Assembly: GCA_047284725.1 (NCBI GenBank)
Contig: JBJBEO010000001.1
Span: 2,517,550 to 2,581,549 of the forward strand
Source: Synechococcus sp.
GTDB taxonomy: Bacteria; Cyanobacteriota; Cyanobacteriia; PCC-6307; Cyanobiaceae
Direction: 5' to 3'
Length of the DNA stretch: 64,000 bases
In this document: piece by piece, positions 39,672 to 48,937 of the stretch
How positions within the stretch are numbered: the stretch's first letter is position 1
Layout: every line of letters starts with the position of its first letter
Translations under genes and position numbers: made by a program
Notes under the pieces: model-generated
Seen by the model: only the letters and a program-made list of their open reading frames with translations
What the model was told of the DNA's origin: nothing
Databases searched by the model: none

Positions 39672-39986
39672 TCAGCGCTCGCCGAGGGGTGCCCAGAGGG
39701 TGGCTTCCGAACCCACGACAGGCTTGACGCTGGCAGCGGAAGACACCGGTGCTGCAGGGGTGGGATTTTGGATGGGGGTCGCTTCAAGATCCCGTGCCCC
39801 GAGATCGGCCCAGAGGGTGGCCGGACTGGCGATCACGGGCTCAACACCCTTGACTTCAGGAGTGACGGCAACGCCCTGGGTTCGGATGAGTTGCACGGCC
39901 AGAGAGCCCACGACGAAAGCGCCGAGAAAGCCTGCGGCAATGGTGAGTGGGCTCCGTCCGACACGGACAGCGGTGCTGCTGAACAC
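39672..39986 (-). CDS. Small membrane-anchored protein with duplicated motif
   Basis: N-terminal TM; VEPVIASPATLWADLGAR and VKPVVGSEATLWAPLGER. Confidence 0.7.
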   Translation of the reverse strand: MFSSTAVRVGRSPLTIAAGFLGAFVVGSLAVQLIRTQGVAVTPEVKGVEPVIASPATLWADLGARDLEATPIQNPTPAAPVSSAASVKPVVGSEATLWAPLGER

Positions 39987-40026
39987 GACTGAAAGTCACA
40001 ACCGAATTTCAGTATGGGAGCTCGCT

Positions 40027-40203
40027 GTATGAATTGCTACCGAACAGGGGCTGATTGGTATCGAAATACACGGCTTTAGCCGAATTGATGAACGCGTTGC
40101 CTGCTGGCTCAGGGCTCTCGGCCATCACCCAGCCATGGGTCATTCCCAGAAGCATCCCGAGGGAAATTGCGAATCGCACGGTGTTTTATGTATCGCCACA
40201 AAC
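40027..40203. promoter_or_regulatory. Cluster of NtcA boxes in a divergent promoter
   Basis: GTA-TGAATTGC-TAC (40027-40040, perfect), GTA-TCGAAATA-CAC (40058-40071) and GTA-TCGCCACA-AAC (40190-40203). Confidence 0.7.
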
Positions 40204-40245
40204 ATCCTTGGACACGCTTTTTCTTGTTGTCATCATTGACACCAA

Positions 40246-40728
40246 ATGGCCCTGAACGGCATGGATTCGCGGAGTGATTGCTCAAGTCACTGTTTCTCTT
40301 TTGAGCAGGATTTCATTGGTAACTGGCGTTGTATCCCCCTTTGCGTGCGCCGCAAATTGGATTTGGTCGGCATCAAGCTGAAGCTCAATCACTGGATGGC
40401 CCTCGAGCAGCAGCAGCGTCAGCAACTGGTGGATTGGTCCGATGCCCCGACCGAGTGGGCTGGGTTTCGTCAGCACCTCCGTGATCTCACGGTCGGGATG
40501 GCGGATGGGGTGGCCAAGGATTTGCCGCCTGCGGAGGATGAACCTTGGCAGTGCGTGGATCAGGTGCCGCTGGCGATTGCCGCAGCAGCGGATCAGCGTG
40601 GTGTGGCGCTCAGCATTGAGGCCTGGGTTCGTTTGTCGGAGTTGGACCGGTTTGCGTTGTGCAAACTGGCCCGGCCCGGCCATGACCACCACAACCTGGA
40701 GGTGGCCTTCACTGAGCTGCTGGGCTGA
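40246..40728 (+). CDS. narM: Nitrate reductase-associated protein
   Basis: FEQDFIGNWRCIPLCVRRKLD and RFALCKLARPGHDH.NL. Confidence 0.88.
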   Translation: MALNGMDSRSDCSSHCFSFEQDFIGNWRCIPLCVRRKLDLVGIKLKLNHWMALEQQQRQQLVDWSDAPTEWAGFRQHLRDLTVGMADGVAKDLPPAEDEPWQCVDQVPLAIAAAADQRGVALSIEAWVRLSELDRFALCKLARPGHDHHNLEVAFTELLG

Positions 40729-42937
40729 ACCAGCGCCGCAGTTTCACCAATCGGTTGCTCACCTGTTCAGGCGGTTTGATGGCAGATACCGCGGGGGCCG
40801 CAATCACAGCGCAGGCCTTGAGTTCTGGTTGTTTGGATACCGGGCAGGCCTGGTCATGCATCAGGGCGTTCACTTCGCAGGCTTGTTCCTGGGTGAAGCC
40901 CCAGTGCATGGGCAAAAACAGGCTGCCCTTGCGGATCCGGTCGGTGATCTTCGCCCGTGCCGTGAGGTGTCCCCGCCGTGAGCTCACGGCCGTCAAGGCT
41001 CCGTCCTTGATCTGCAAGCCCTGGGCATCCTCAGGATGAATCTCCAGCAGCGGTTCTGGATGCATGGTCTGCAGCCGTTTCACCTTGCCGGTGCGCGTCA
41101 TCGTGTGCCATTGCCCCAGATACCGCCCCACGGTGAGCACGAGCGGGTAGGTGTCGCAGGGGGGTTCCGCTAAGCCCTGGGGAAGGTCAGTGCTGAAGCG
41201 GGCTTTGCCGCTGGGGGTTGGGAACTGATGGTCGCAGTAGAGGCGCTTGGCCTCTTGGCTGGGTTCGCTGCCGTGGGGGAAGGGCCATTGCTGTGGGCCC
41301 GATTCGCGCAGCAGGTCATGGCTGAGGCCCGACACGTCACACACCCGCCCACGGGTGAGCTGGGTGAATTCGGCGTACACCTCCGCTGCCGAGTCGTAGC
41401 TGAAGTGTTGTTCGAATCCAAGACGCTGGCCCACTTCGGCGAAGACCTCCCAGTCGGGCCGACTTTGCCCATGGCGCGGTCGATAGGCCGGGCAATACGT
41501 GACCCGGCGCTCGGAATTGGTCATGGCACCAGCCTTTTCGCTCCATTGCGATGCCGGCAACAGCAAATGGGCGTAGTGGGAGGTTTCCGAGTCGGCATAG
41601 GCCTCACTCACCACCACCAGGGCGCAGTTCTGCATCGCCGCTTTGACGCGGTCGAGTTCGGGCATGCTCACCAGCGGGTTGGTGGCGGCCACCCACCAGA
41701 GGTCGAGTTCACCTCGCTCCATCGCCTCCACCTGTTGCCAGGCCCCGAGCCCAGGGGTTGAAGCGATCTGCCCCTGGGGGAACCCCCAGGCCTGCTCCAC
41801 CTCACCGCGGTGCTGGTCATTGGTGACCAGCCGGTAGCCGGGCAGGAGATGGGCCAAGCCACCTGCTTCTCTGCCCCCCATCGCATTCGGTTGGCCGGTG
41901 AGGGAGAAGGGGCCGGCACCTTCTTTACCGATCTGGCCCGTGAGCAGGTGCAGGTTGATCAGGCCCTGCACCACGGCGGTGCCTTCGCGGCGTTGGTTCA
42001 CACCCATCGACCAGAGGCTCAACACCCGTTGGTTGCGGTGGAAGAGCTCGGCCACCTCCCGCAAGCGTTTTTCAGGGATGCCACAGAAGCGCGCCACCTT
42101 GCGGGGGGTCCAGCGGGCCACCACATCGAAGAAGGGTTTGTAGTTCTCGGTGTGATCGTCGATAAAGGCCACGTCCTGGCCGTTCTCGCGAAGCACCAGG
42201 TGGGCAATCCCATGCAGCAGGGCCAGATCGGTGCCCGGTGCAATCGGCAGATGGATGTCGGCGGCTTTGGCGGTGTCGGTGTGGCGCGGATCGATCACCA
42301 CGATCGTGACGCTGCCGGGGTTGCGTTTTTTGCGTTTGATCAGGCGCTGAAACAGCACCGGATGGCATTCGGCTGTGTTGGTGCCGATCAGCACCGCCAC
42401 GCTGCAGTGATCAATGTCGTCGTAGCAGGCCGGAGGGCCATCGGAACCCAGGCTGCGGGTGTAGCCAGCCACCGCCGAGCTCATGCAGAGGCGGGAATTG
42501 GCATCGAAGTTGTTGGTGCCGAGAGCTCCTTTCAGCAGTTTTTGGGCGAGGTAATAGTCCTCGGTGTGGAACTGGCCAGAGCCATACATGGCGATGGCGT
42601 TGGCCCCTTTGGTGGCCAGGGTGGTCTGGATCTGATCGGTGATCGTCTGTAGCGCTGTGTCCCAGCTGACCGGTTGAAAGTCTTGATCGAGGCTGGAGCG
42701 ATACAGCGGTTTATGCAGTCGTCCGCGGGCCAAGGTTTCGCCCACGGTGGCCCCTTTGATGCACACCTGGCCCTGACTGGAGGGGTGGCTGCGATCGCCG
42801 CGCGCCGTCCACATCGGGTTGCCGTCTTCGTCTTTTTTCACTGCCTGGCCGGGTTGGGCCGGAGGAAGCAATTCAAGCCCGCAGCCCACACCGCAGTAGG
42901 GGCACTGGCTGCGCACGGAAGGTGTCGGTGTGGGCAT
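40709..42937 (-). CDS. narB: Ferredoxin-nitrate reductase
   Basis: CPYCGVGCG...C.KG, GSGQ..TEDYY, NSRLCMSSA, GQPNAMGGRE and WHTMTRTG. Confidence 0.96.
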   Translation of the reverse strand: MPTPTPSVRSQCPYCGVGCGLELLPPAQPGQAVKKDEDGNPMWTARGDRSHPSSQGQVCIKGATVGETLARGRLHKPLYRSSLDQDFQPVSWDTALQTITDQIQTTLATKGANAIAMYGSGQFHTEDYYLAQKLLKGALGTNNFDANSRLCMSSAVAGYTRSLGSDGPPACYDDIDHCSVAVLIGTNTAECHPVLFQRLIKRKKRNPGSVTIVVIDPRHTDTAKAADIHLPIAPGTDLALLHGIAHLVLRENGQDVAFIDDHTENYKPFFDVVARWTPRKVARFCGIPEKRLREVAELFHRNQRVLSLWSMGVNQRREGTAVVQGLINLHLLTGQIGKEGAGPFSLTGQPNAMGGREAGGLAHLLPGYRLVTNDQHRGEVEQAWGFPQGQIASTPGLGAWQQVEAMERGELDLWWVAATNPLVSMPELDRVKAAMQNCALVVVSEAYADSETSHYAHLLLPASQWSEKAGAMTNSERRVTYCPAYRPRHGQSRPDWEVFAEVGQRLGFEQHFSYDSAAEVYAEFTQLTRGRVCDVSGLSHDLLRESGPQQWPFPHGSEPSQEAKRLYCDHQFPTPSGKARFSTDLPQGLAEPPCDTYPLVLTVGRYLGQWHTMTRTGKVKRLQTMHPEPLLEIHPEDAQGLQIKDGALTAVSSRRGHLTARAKITDRIRKGSLFLPMHWGFTQEQACEVNALMHDQACPVSKQPELKACAVIAAPAVSAIKPPEQVSNRLVKLRRWFSPAAQ

Positions 42938-42952
42938 CGGGGTACAGAACTG

Positions 42953-42980
42953 AAAAGACCCGGGACATCGGTCCCGGGTC
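42953..42980 (-). terminator. Terminator-like hairpin between nrtP and narB
   Basis: Minus strand GACCCGGGAC-CGAT-GTCCCGGGTC-TTTT. Confidence 0.65.
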
Positions 42981-43019
42981 GTGCGGGTGCCTTTCGGCGT
43001 TGAGGAGGAAGGGTGGAGA

Positions 43020-44606
43020 TCAGCGACCAGCCATCGCAGGCAGGCGCTCGTCTTGGATCGCCACAGCCGGGCTTTCGCCCTCATGCAGCTCTGCGAAGGA
43101 TCCCTTCGGCTCCTTGAGGAAGAAGAAGCAGAAGAAGGCCACCACAAGACCCGCAACACCGAGGATCTGGAAGAAGGCGCTGTTGGAGGCGGCGATCACT
43201 TCGGGAGAAGGATCGCTGCCGCCGCCCATCCACATCGGCAGGAGACTGAAGATCGTCAGGTAAGCCACGGCACCGACGTTGCCGTAGGCGCCCACCAGAC
43301 CTGCCACCTGACCGGTGACGCGGCGCTTCACCAGGGGGACCAGAGCGAAGGTTGCGCCTTCACCGGACTGCACAAAGAAGGAGGCGAGCATGGTGATCAC
43401 CACGGCCACGATGATGCCGGTGGTGCCGGAGAAGGTGCCGGGTTTGATCATGCTCATCACCAAATAGCCGAAGCCGAGCCCGGCGGTGAGGAAGCCCATG
43501 GTGTTCTTGCGGCTGCCGACCTTGTCGGAGATCAGGCCGCCTGCAGGGCGCGCGATCAAGTTCACGAAGGCAAAGCAGGAAGCCAGCAGGCCAGCGGTTG
43601 CCTTCGGCAGATCGAAGGTGGTTTCGAAGAAGGCGGGCAGCATCGACACCACAGCCAGTTCGGAGCCGAAATTGACGATGTAGGTGAGCTCCAGAATCGC
43701 CACCTGGCGGAACTCGTAGCGATCCTCCTTGGGATACACCTTGTTACCCAGGATCAGATCGCGGTTGGTGCGGACGATCCCCCAGGTCTGGAAGGCAAAC
43801 CACACAGCAACGGCAGCCAGGGCCAGGGGATAGGTGCCGGCATTGAGGAAGCCGACTTTCTGCAGGCGCCAGCAGAGCACACACAGGATGGCGGCGAAGG
43901 GCACATTCATGCCCAGCAGGCCCCAGAAATCCCGCATGGAGGTGACTTCAAGGCCAGCCGATTTCGCTGGCTTCTGATACACCTTGCCGGGGGGCGTGTC
44001 GGTGACGTTGAAGAAGTAGAAGATGCCGTAGGCAGCGGAGATGATGCCGCTCAAGGCAATGGCGCCGCGCCAGTTGAGAACGTCACCCGTGGGTAGGGTG
44101 AAACCGCCGGAGAAGGAGAGGAACCCAGCCAGCAGCACCATGGTGAGGGCCGAGAAGGCAGAGCCGAAATTGCCCCAGCCGCCGTAGATGCCTTCTGCCA
44201 GACCGATTTCCTTGGGAGGGAACCATTCCGCCACCATGCGGATGCCGATCACGAAGCCGGCACCCACGATGGACAGCAGCAGGCGAGCCACCACCAGCTG
44301 GTTGAAATCCTGGGCGGCAGCAAACAGCAGGCAGGGAATCGCCGAGAAGACCAGAATCGACGAATAGGTGATACGAGGCCCGAACTTGTCGAGCAGCATG
44401 CCGATCAGTACGCGGGCTGGAATGGTGAGGGCCACATTGCAAATGGCCACAGTGCGGATCTGACCAAGATCAAGGCCGAGATCTGCTCTCACGGTTGTGG
44501 CCAGAGGGGCCAGATTGAACCAGACGACAAACGTCAGGAAAAAAGCGATCCAAGTGAGATGAAGGGTTCGATATCTCCCTTGGAACGACCAAAGATCGCC
44601 AAGCAT
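43020..44606 (-). CDS. nrtP: MFS nitrate/nitrite permease (NrtP/NapA, NarK family)
   Basis: WFPPKEIGLAEGIYGGWGNFG, FGSELA, RPAGG.ISD and GLVGAYGNVG. Confidence 0.95.
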   Translation of the reverse strand: MLGDLWSFQGRYRTLHLTWIAFFLTFVVWFNLAPLATTVRADLGLDLGQIRTVAICNVALTIPARVLIGMLLDKFGPRITYSSILVFSAIPCLLFAAAQDFNQLVVARLLLSIVGAGFVIGIRMVAEWFPPKEIGLAEGIYGGWGNFGSAFSALTMVLLAGFLSFSGGFTLPTGDVLNWRGAIALSGIISAAYGIFYFFNVTDTPPGKVYQKPAKSAGLEVTSMRDFWGLLGMNVPFAAILCVLCWRLQKVGFLNAGTYPLALAAVAVWFAFQTWGIVRTNRDLILGNKVYPKEDRYEFRQVAILELTYIVNFGSELAVVSMLPAFFETTFDLPKATAGLLASCFAFVNLIARPAGGLISDKVGSRKNTMGFLTAGLGFGYLVMSMIKPGTFSGTTGIIVAVVITMLASFFVQSGEGATFALVPLVKRRVTGQVAGLVGAYGNVGAVAYLTIFSLLPMWMGGGSDPSPEVIAASNSAFFQILGVAGLVVAFFCFFFLKEPKGSFAELHEGESPAVAIQDERLPAMAGR

Positions 44607-44720
44607 GACAGGGAAAGGTTTGGCCCTCAGGCTTCAAAACAAGGGTGCCGAGGAAGAAAAGACGGTGCTGAACAAAGGCCGTCAACTTGATTAGTGAAGA
44701 TCAGTGCCTGCACTTGCTGG

Positions 44721-44806
44721 GTTGCGTTTGTTACCAAAGCAGCGCATTCCTGCGGCTGGAGGTCTCCATTGAGGGCATTGATTTTGCCGTCTGTAGTGAT
44801 AGTTAC
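44721..44806. promoter_or_regulatory. NtcA boxes in the nrtP/mobA divergent promoter
   Basis: tGTA-GTGATAGT-TACa (44793-44806, perfect) and GTT-GCGTTTGT-TAC (44721-44734). Confidence 0.8.
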
Positions 44807-44864
44807 AAGGCTGTGGAATGATTCAGGAAAGTGTTCACCCTTGAAGCATGGTGTTTGCTCTCTG

Positions 44865-45452
44865 ATGGCCTTTCCCGGTCTTCAGGCTTGTGTTCTCAGT
44901 GGCGGCGCCAGTGAGCGGATGGGACGTGACAAGGCGCTGTTGCCTCACCCCCGGGGTGGTGTTTGGTTAACGGCGTTGGTGGATCAGCTCATCGCGGTGC
45001 CGTTGCCGGTGCTGGTGGTAAGCCGGCATGGGGAACACAGCCGACTGTTGCAGGGGTGGCCTCAGGTGGACGTGATGGTGGAGCCGCCTCCTTTTGGTGG
45101 GCCCTTGCGGGCGCTGGCCAAGGTGTTGCATCCGGGGGGTGGGCATCCCTTGCTCGTGGCACCCGTGGATATGCCGATGCTGTCGTCGGCGGTGCTGCAG
45201 CAACTGATCCATGCCTGGCAGCAGGATCCCCACTGCGCTGCAGTGGCCCACGATGGCCAGCGGTTGCAACCGCTGTTGGGGATCTACCCATCCGGCGTGC
45301 CCTTCACCCCATCCCTCCATCAGCAGTTGGGGGAGGGGAATCGGCGTTGGTTGTCCTGGTTGGCTCAGATCCCTTATCAGAGCGTTCGTCTTCCAGAGCC
45401 GGCGCTGCGGAATGTGAATGCGCCATGCGATCTGGCAGCGTTGAGGGCATGA
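44865..45452 (+). CDS. mobA: Molybdenum cofactor guanylyltransferase
   Basis: VLSGGASERMGRDKA, GGPL, PVDMP and NVNAP.DL. Confidence 0.9.
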   Translation: MAFPGLQACVLSGGASERMGRDKALLPHPRGGVWLTALVDQLIAVPLPVLVVSRHGEHSRLLQGWPQVDVMVEPPPFGGPLRALAKVLHPGGGHPLLVAPVDMPMLSSAVLQQLIHAWQQDPHCAAVAHDGQRLQPLLGIYPSGVPFTPSLHQQLGEGNRRWLSWLAQIPYQSVRLPEPALRNVNAPCDLAALRA

Positions 45453-46498
45453 CTGCTGGCTCTGTCACCGATCGCCGGGAGCGACCTCTCGGCGTCCTGC
45501 GTCTTTCGCTCACCGCCCGCTGCAATCTGGCCTGCCCTTATTGCTGTCCGGATGTCAACGAACCGGCCGGCTTGCTCAGTCTTGATGCTCAGTTGGCGGT
45601 GGTGCGAGCCGCCTGTGCGTTGGGCGCTCATGTGCTTCGGCTCACGGGTGGGGAACCGTTTTTGAGTGATCGTTTATGGCCTTTGCTCGAAGCGATCGCT
45701 CTCGACCGTGGTGATGGCTCCGGTGCATTTCACGCTCTTCAGCAGATCGCTCTCACCACCAATGGCGTGCTGCTTTCAGCGCAGCGGGCGCAGCGGCTCC
45801 GGCAGCTCGGGGTGAATCGACTCACCATCAGCCTTGATGCTGTGCAGCCTGCTTGTGTGGCTCGGATGGCTGGCCTGCAGGGCGGAGCCGCGGCGGGGGA
45901 ACGGCTGTTTGATCAAGTGATGCGAGGGATTGAGGCGGCCCGCCAGGCTGGCTTCGATCCAGCCAGGGGTGAGCTGAAACTCAACAGCGTGATTCAGAAG
46001 GGCGTCAATGACGATCAATTGATTCCCCTGGCGACCTTGGCACGACAGCAGGGCTTGGAGTTGCGGCTGATCGAATACATGGATGTGGGCAACCGCAATG
46101 GCTGGACTGCAGACCAGGTGTTGTCAGCCGCTGAGATGGTGGCGCGGCTTCAGTCGTTCTGGCCGCTTGAACCACAGGGCCGTGGCCGCCACGCCACGGC
46201 GCAGCGTTGGCGTTACCGCGACGGCGGAGGCGTTGTCGGGGTGATTGCCTCGATCACTGAGCCGTTCTGCGGGGATTGCAACCGGTTGCGAGTCACTGCC
46301 GATGGTCAGGCGTTCACCTGTTTATTTGCTGCAGAAGGGGTGGATCTGAAGACCTGGTTGACGCCGGTGCTGGATCAGCCGGCGCTGACGGACGCTCTCA
46401 GGGGGCTTTGGCAGCGGCGCGATGATCGTTTCAGCGAGCTGCGCACCCAGTTGGGAGCTGATGCTGCCCATGCCGAAATGGCTTATTTAGGCGGTTGA
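45449..46498 (+). CDS. moaA: GTP 3',8-cyclase
   Basis: CNLACPYC, RLTGGEP, FCGDCNRLR..ADG...CLF and C-terminal MAYLGG. Confidence 0.95.
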   Translation: MTAGSVTDRRERPLGVLRLSLTARCNLACPYCCPDVNEPAGLLSLDAQLAVVRAACALGAHVLRLTGGEPFLSDRLWPLLEAIALDRGDGSGAFHALQQIALTTNGVLLSAQRAQRLRQLGVNRLTISLDAVQPACVARMAGLQGGAAAGERLFDQVMRGIEAARQAGFDPARGELKLNSVIQKGVNDDQLIPLATLARQQGLELRLIEYMDVGNRNGWTADQVLSAAEMVARLQSFWPLEPQGRGRHATAQRWRYRDGGGVVGVIASITEPFCGDCNRLRVTADGQAFTCLFAAEGVDLKTWLTPVLDQPALTDALRGLWQRRDDRFSELRTQLGADAAHAEMAYLGG

Positions 46499-46581
46499 GT
46501 TGGACGAGGTTTGGTTGCATTCAGCACCGGCGAGCAGGGCTGAATCCTCTACAGAAGTTCAGTTGCGAGGCGACCTGCACC

Positions 46582-47073
46582 GTGTACGAACTTCTTTCCT
46601 ACGAACGCTTCCGCGATACGCCGTCGGTGCGGTTTTTTGATGTCACTGTTGCCAGCTCCAACGCTCGTGATTTAGTGATTCATTCCGGCCCCGCGGTCAG
46701 CCCACCGGATGATGCTGAGACGGGTGCCTGGCAGTTCTATCTGCATCCCCACCAGGAAGACAATCTGCTTGCAGCTGGTGGAGGCCGCACCTTTTATCTG
46801 GTCAATCTCTCCTGGGATGAGCCGTTTCACATCGTTCGTCTTGAAAGCGGAGGAGACATCCTGCGGATTCCCCCTGGCACATTTCATCGCTCTATTTCTG
46901 ATCCTGAGGGTTCCGTGGTGCTGAACCAGGCCGTGCGCGAGGCGGGAGTTTCCCTTGTGCGTGAATTCCGTGTCTACAACAGTGCACGCATTCCGGCGTT
47001 GATGGCGGCTACCTCGATCGACGCTCCCAAACCATTGCTCCATGGTGTGGAGCCCATTCTTCAGGCCGCCTGA
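46582..47073 (+). CDS. Cupin-fold hypothetical protein
   Basis: FYLHPHQEDNL and LRIPPGTFHRS resemble cupin motifs 1 and 2. Confidence 0.65.
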   Translation: MYELLSYERFRDTPSVRFFDVTVASSNARDLVIHSGPAVSPPDDAETGAWQFYLHPHQEDNLLAAGGGRTFYLVNLSWDEPFHIVRLESGGDILRIPPGTFHRSISDPEGSVVLNQAVREAGVSLVREFRVYNSARIPALMAATSIDAPKPLLHGVEPILQAA

Positions 47074-47957
47074 AGCTGTGGCTCCAGGGTGGTTTGGTTG
47101 GAACCTTCCTCGGTCACGCTGATGCACCAATCCAATGTGCTGCGGGCGTTGGCCGGTCCGCTGAAACTGCCGCTCACGGCTGCCGTGAGATCAGGGTTGG
47201 AGGAGGTGGCGAGCACCACATAGCGTTCATTCACTTCACGGCCTGCACTGGGGTCGAACCCCCGCCACCCTGCCCCTGGCAGGTACACCTCAGCCCAGGC
47301 ATGAAGGTCGTAGTGCTCCGGAGCAGGATCGAGTAGTTGGTAGCCGCTCACAAACCGCGCCGGCAGTCCTACGACGCGGCAGCAGGTGACCATCAGCATC
47401 GCCAGATCCCGGCAGGAGCCGATCCTTTCCCTCAGCGTTCGACCCGCTGGCCAGGCGGGACCAACGTGGCGCTGGGTGTATTTCACACGGTCTTGAATCA
47501 GATCGATCAGTTGGTGGAGGAAGGCCAGGGTCTGTTGGTCGCTCCCCATCAGTGCCTCCTGGGTGAGCTCGATGGCAGACGGTTCGTGTTGGCCATTGGG
47601 GAGCCATCCCTCCAAAGCGCCGAGGAGATCCTGGTTGAGGTGGCCCCGGGGATAGGGCAGAGGCGGCTCAATGCCGTTGAAGCAGGTGTCCAGAGCAGGA
47701 GCTTCACGGGTTTCCACCCAACTGTTGGCTTCAAAGCAGAGACGGTCGGTGCTGCCGCAAAACCTGAGTCTGAGAATTTCGTCACCGCTGGCTGCCAGGA
47801 GTTCCCGTTGTTGGCTTGGTTCCGGCAGGACCAAAAGGGTGTGGTTGAGCAACCGTTGAAACCCCTGTCCCCGTGGCTTGAGGCAAAGGCGGTGGTCCCC
47901 CAGGGTCACCGGGGTGTCGTAGCGATACGTCAGGCGGTGAACGATGTGGGCACGCAT
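47061..47957 (-). CDS. Transglutaminase-like protein with N-terminal bacterial transglutaminase domain
   Basis: H.L.YRY N-terminus; triad GSCRD (Cys), HAWAEVY (His) and GWRGFDP (Asp); ARFVSGY. Confidence 0.92.
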   Translation of the reverse strand: MRAHIVHRLTYRYDTPVTLGDHRLCLKPRGQGFQRLLNHTLLVLPEPSQQRELLAASGDEILRLRFCGSTDRLCFEANSWVETREAPALDTCFNGIEPPLPYPRGHLNQDLLGALEGWLPNGQHEPSAIELTQEALMGSDQQTLAFLHQLIDLIQDRVKYTQRHVGPAWPAGRTLRERIGSCRDLAMLMVTCCRVVGLPARFVSGYQLLDPAPEHYDLHAWAEVYLPGAGWRGFDPSAGREVNERYVVLATSSNPDLTAAVSGSFSGPANARSTLDWCISVTEEGSNQTTLEPQLQAA

Positions 47958-48937
47958 AGGGGTGTGTTGGAGGGACCGGAGGGCGTCGCTGTTGCCTCGG
48001 GCGAGGTGAAGTAGCGGTCGTGAATGAGGCCGTGGAGCCGGTTGAGATCCACTTGCAGTTGGTCAATCGCTTCGTGCAGCCCTGTGCTGATCAGGGTGTC
48101 GATCCGTACGTAACTCCAGCGGGCCAGCAATTGACCGCGCAGACAATCGAGGTCATCGGGAGGCCCCTGCACAGGCTGTTGCTGAAGTTGTGCCAGCGTG
48201 CCGTTGATGCCTTGCAGGCAGAAGCGCACCGACCGAGGGAAGATGGGATCCAGCAACAGGAAGTCGGCAACGGAGGCCGGCGTGATCGCCTGCTGCTGGC
48301 TTTGGCGATACATCTGATAAGCACCGGCCGTGCGCAGGACCGTGATCCACTGCAGCTCGTCGAGCACGCCTCCGACGTCATCCGGGCTCGGCAACAGCAG
48401 GAAGTACTTCATGTCAAGGATGCGCGACGTTTTGTCGGCCCTTTCGATCAGACGACCCAGCTGACTGAACAACCAGCTCACATCGCGGCTCAGGGTGGCA
48501 TCCGTGATGCCGTACACCATCTGGCATCCCCGCCGAATGATGCGCAGTTGCTCCTGCACCGGTTCGCTCCAGATCGCTTCGCCAGTCTGGAGACTCCAAT
48601 GCAGATCATTCAGTTGCTCCCACATTTCGCTGGTGATCACGTCTCGGATCTGGCGTGCGTTTTCGCGGGCGATGGCGATGCAGCTGACGATGCTGTTCGG
48701 GTTGTCACGGTCGTGGAGCAGAAACCTCAGCACATCCCCAGGTGTGCCGGCTGGATAGGCCTGATCGAACCGTTGACGATCAGCGGTGGCGTCAACGAGA
48801 GGCAGCCATGGTTCGGCACTGCCTGGTGGGCAGTCGAGGGCCATCGCTTCACTCACTTCCAGAAACCGGGAAATGTTTTCAGCCCGTTCCAGATAGCGAT
48901 GGATCCAATAGAGCGAATCGGCAACGCGGCTCAGCAC
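47930..48937 (-). CDS. Alpha-E domain protein (DUF403)
   Basis: MLSRVADSLYW..RYLERAEN, ARENAR, GRLIERADKT.R and FPRSV. Confidence 0.92.
   Translation of the reverse strand: MLSRVADSLYWIHRYLERAENISRFLEVSEAMALDCPPGSAEPWLPLVDATADRQRFDQAYPAGTPGDVLRFLLHDRDNPNSIVSCIAIARENARQIRDVITSEMWEQLNDLHWSLQTGEAIWSEPVQEQLRIIRRGCQMVYGITDATLSRDVSWLFSQLGRLIERADKTSRILDMKYFLLLPSPDDVGGVLDELQWITVLRTAGAYQMYRQSQQQAITPASVADFLLLDPIFPRSVRFCLQGINGTLAQLQQQPVQGPPDDLDCLRGQLLARWSYVRIDTLISTGLHEAIDQLQVDLNRLHGLIHDRYFTSPEATATPSGPSNTPLCVPTSFTA

Noticed and set aside
42938..43159. N-terminal extensions in the ORF track (narB here; also dnaK, acnB, psbQ, moaA, purU, ureE, Tic20)
   Set aside because: They overlap neighbouring genes or hairpins, and family N-termini begin at the downstream starts chosen.
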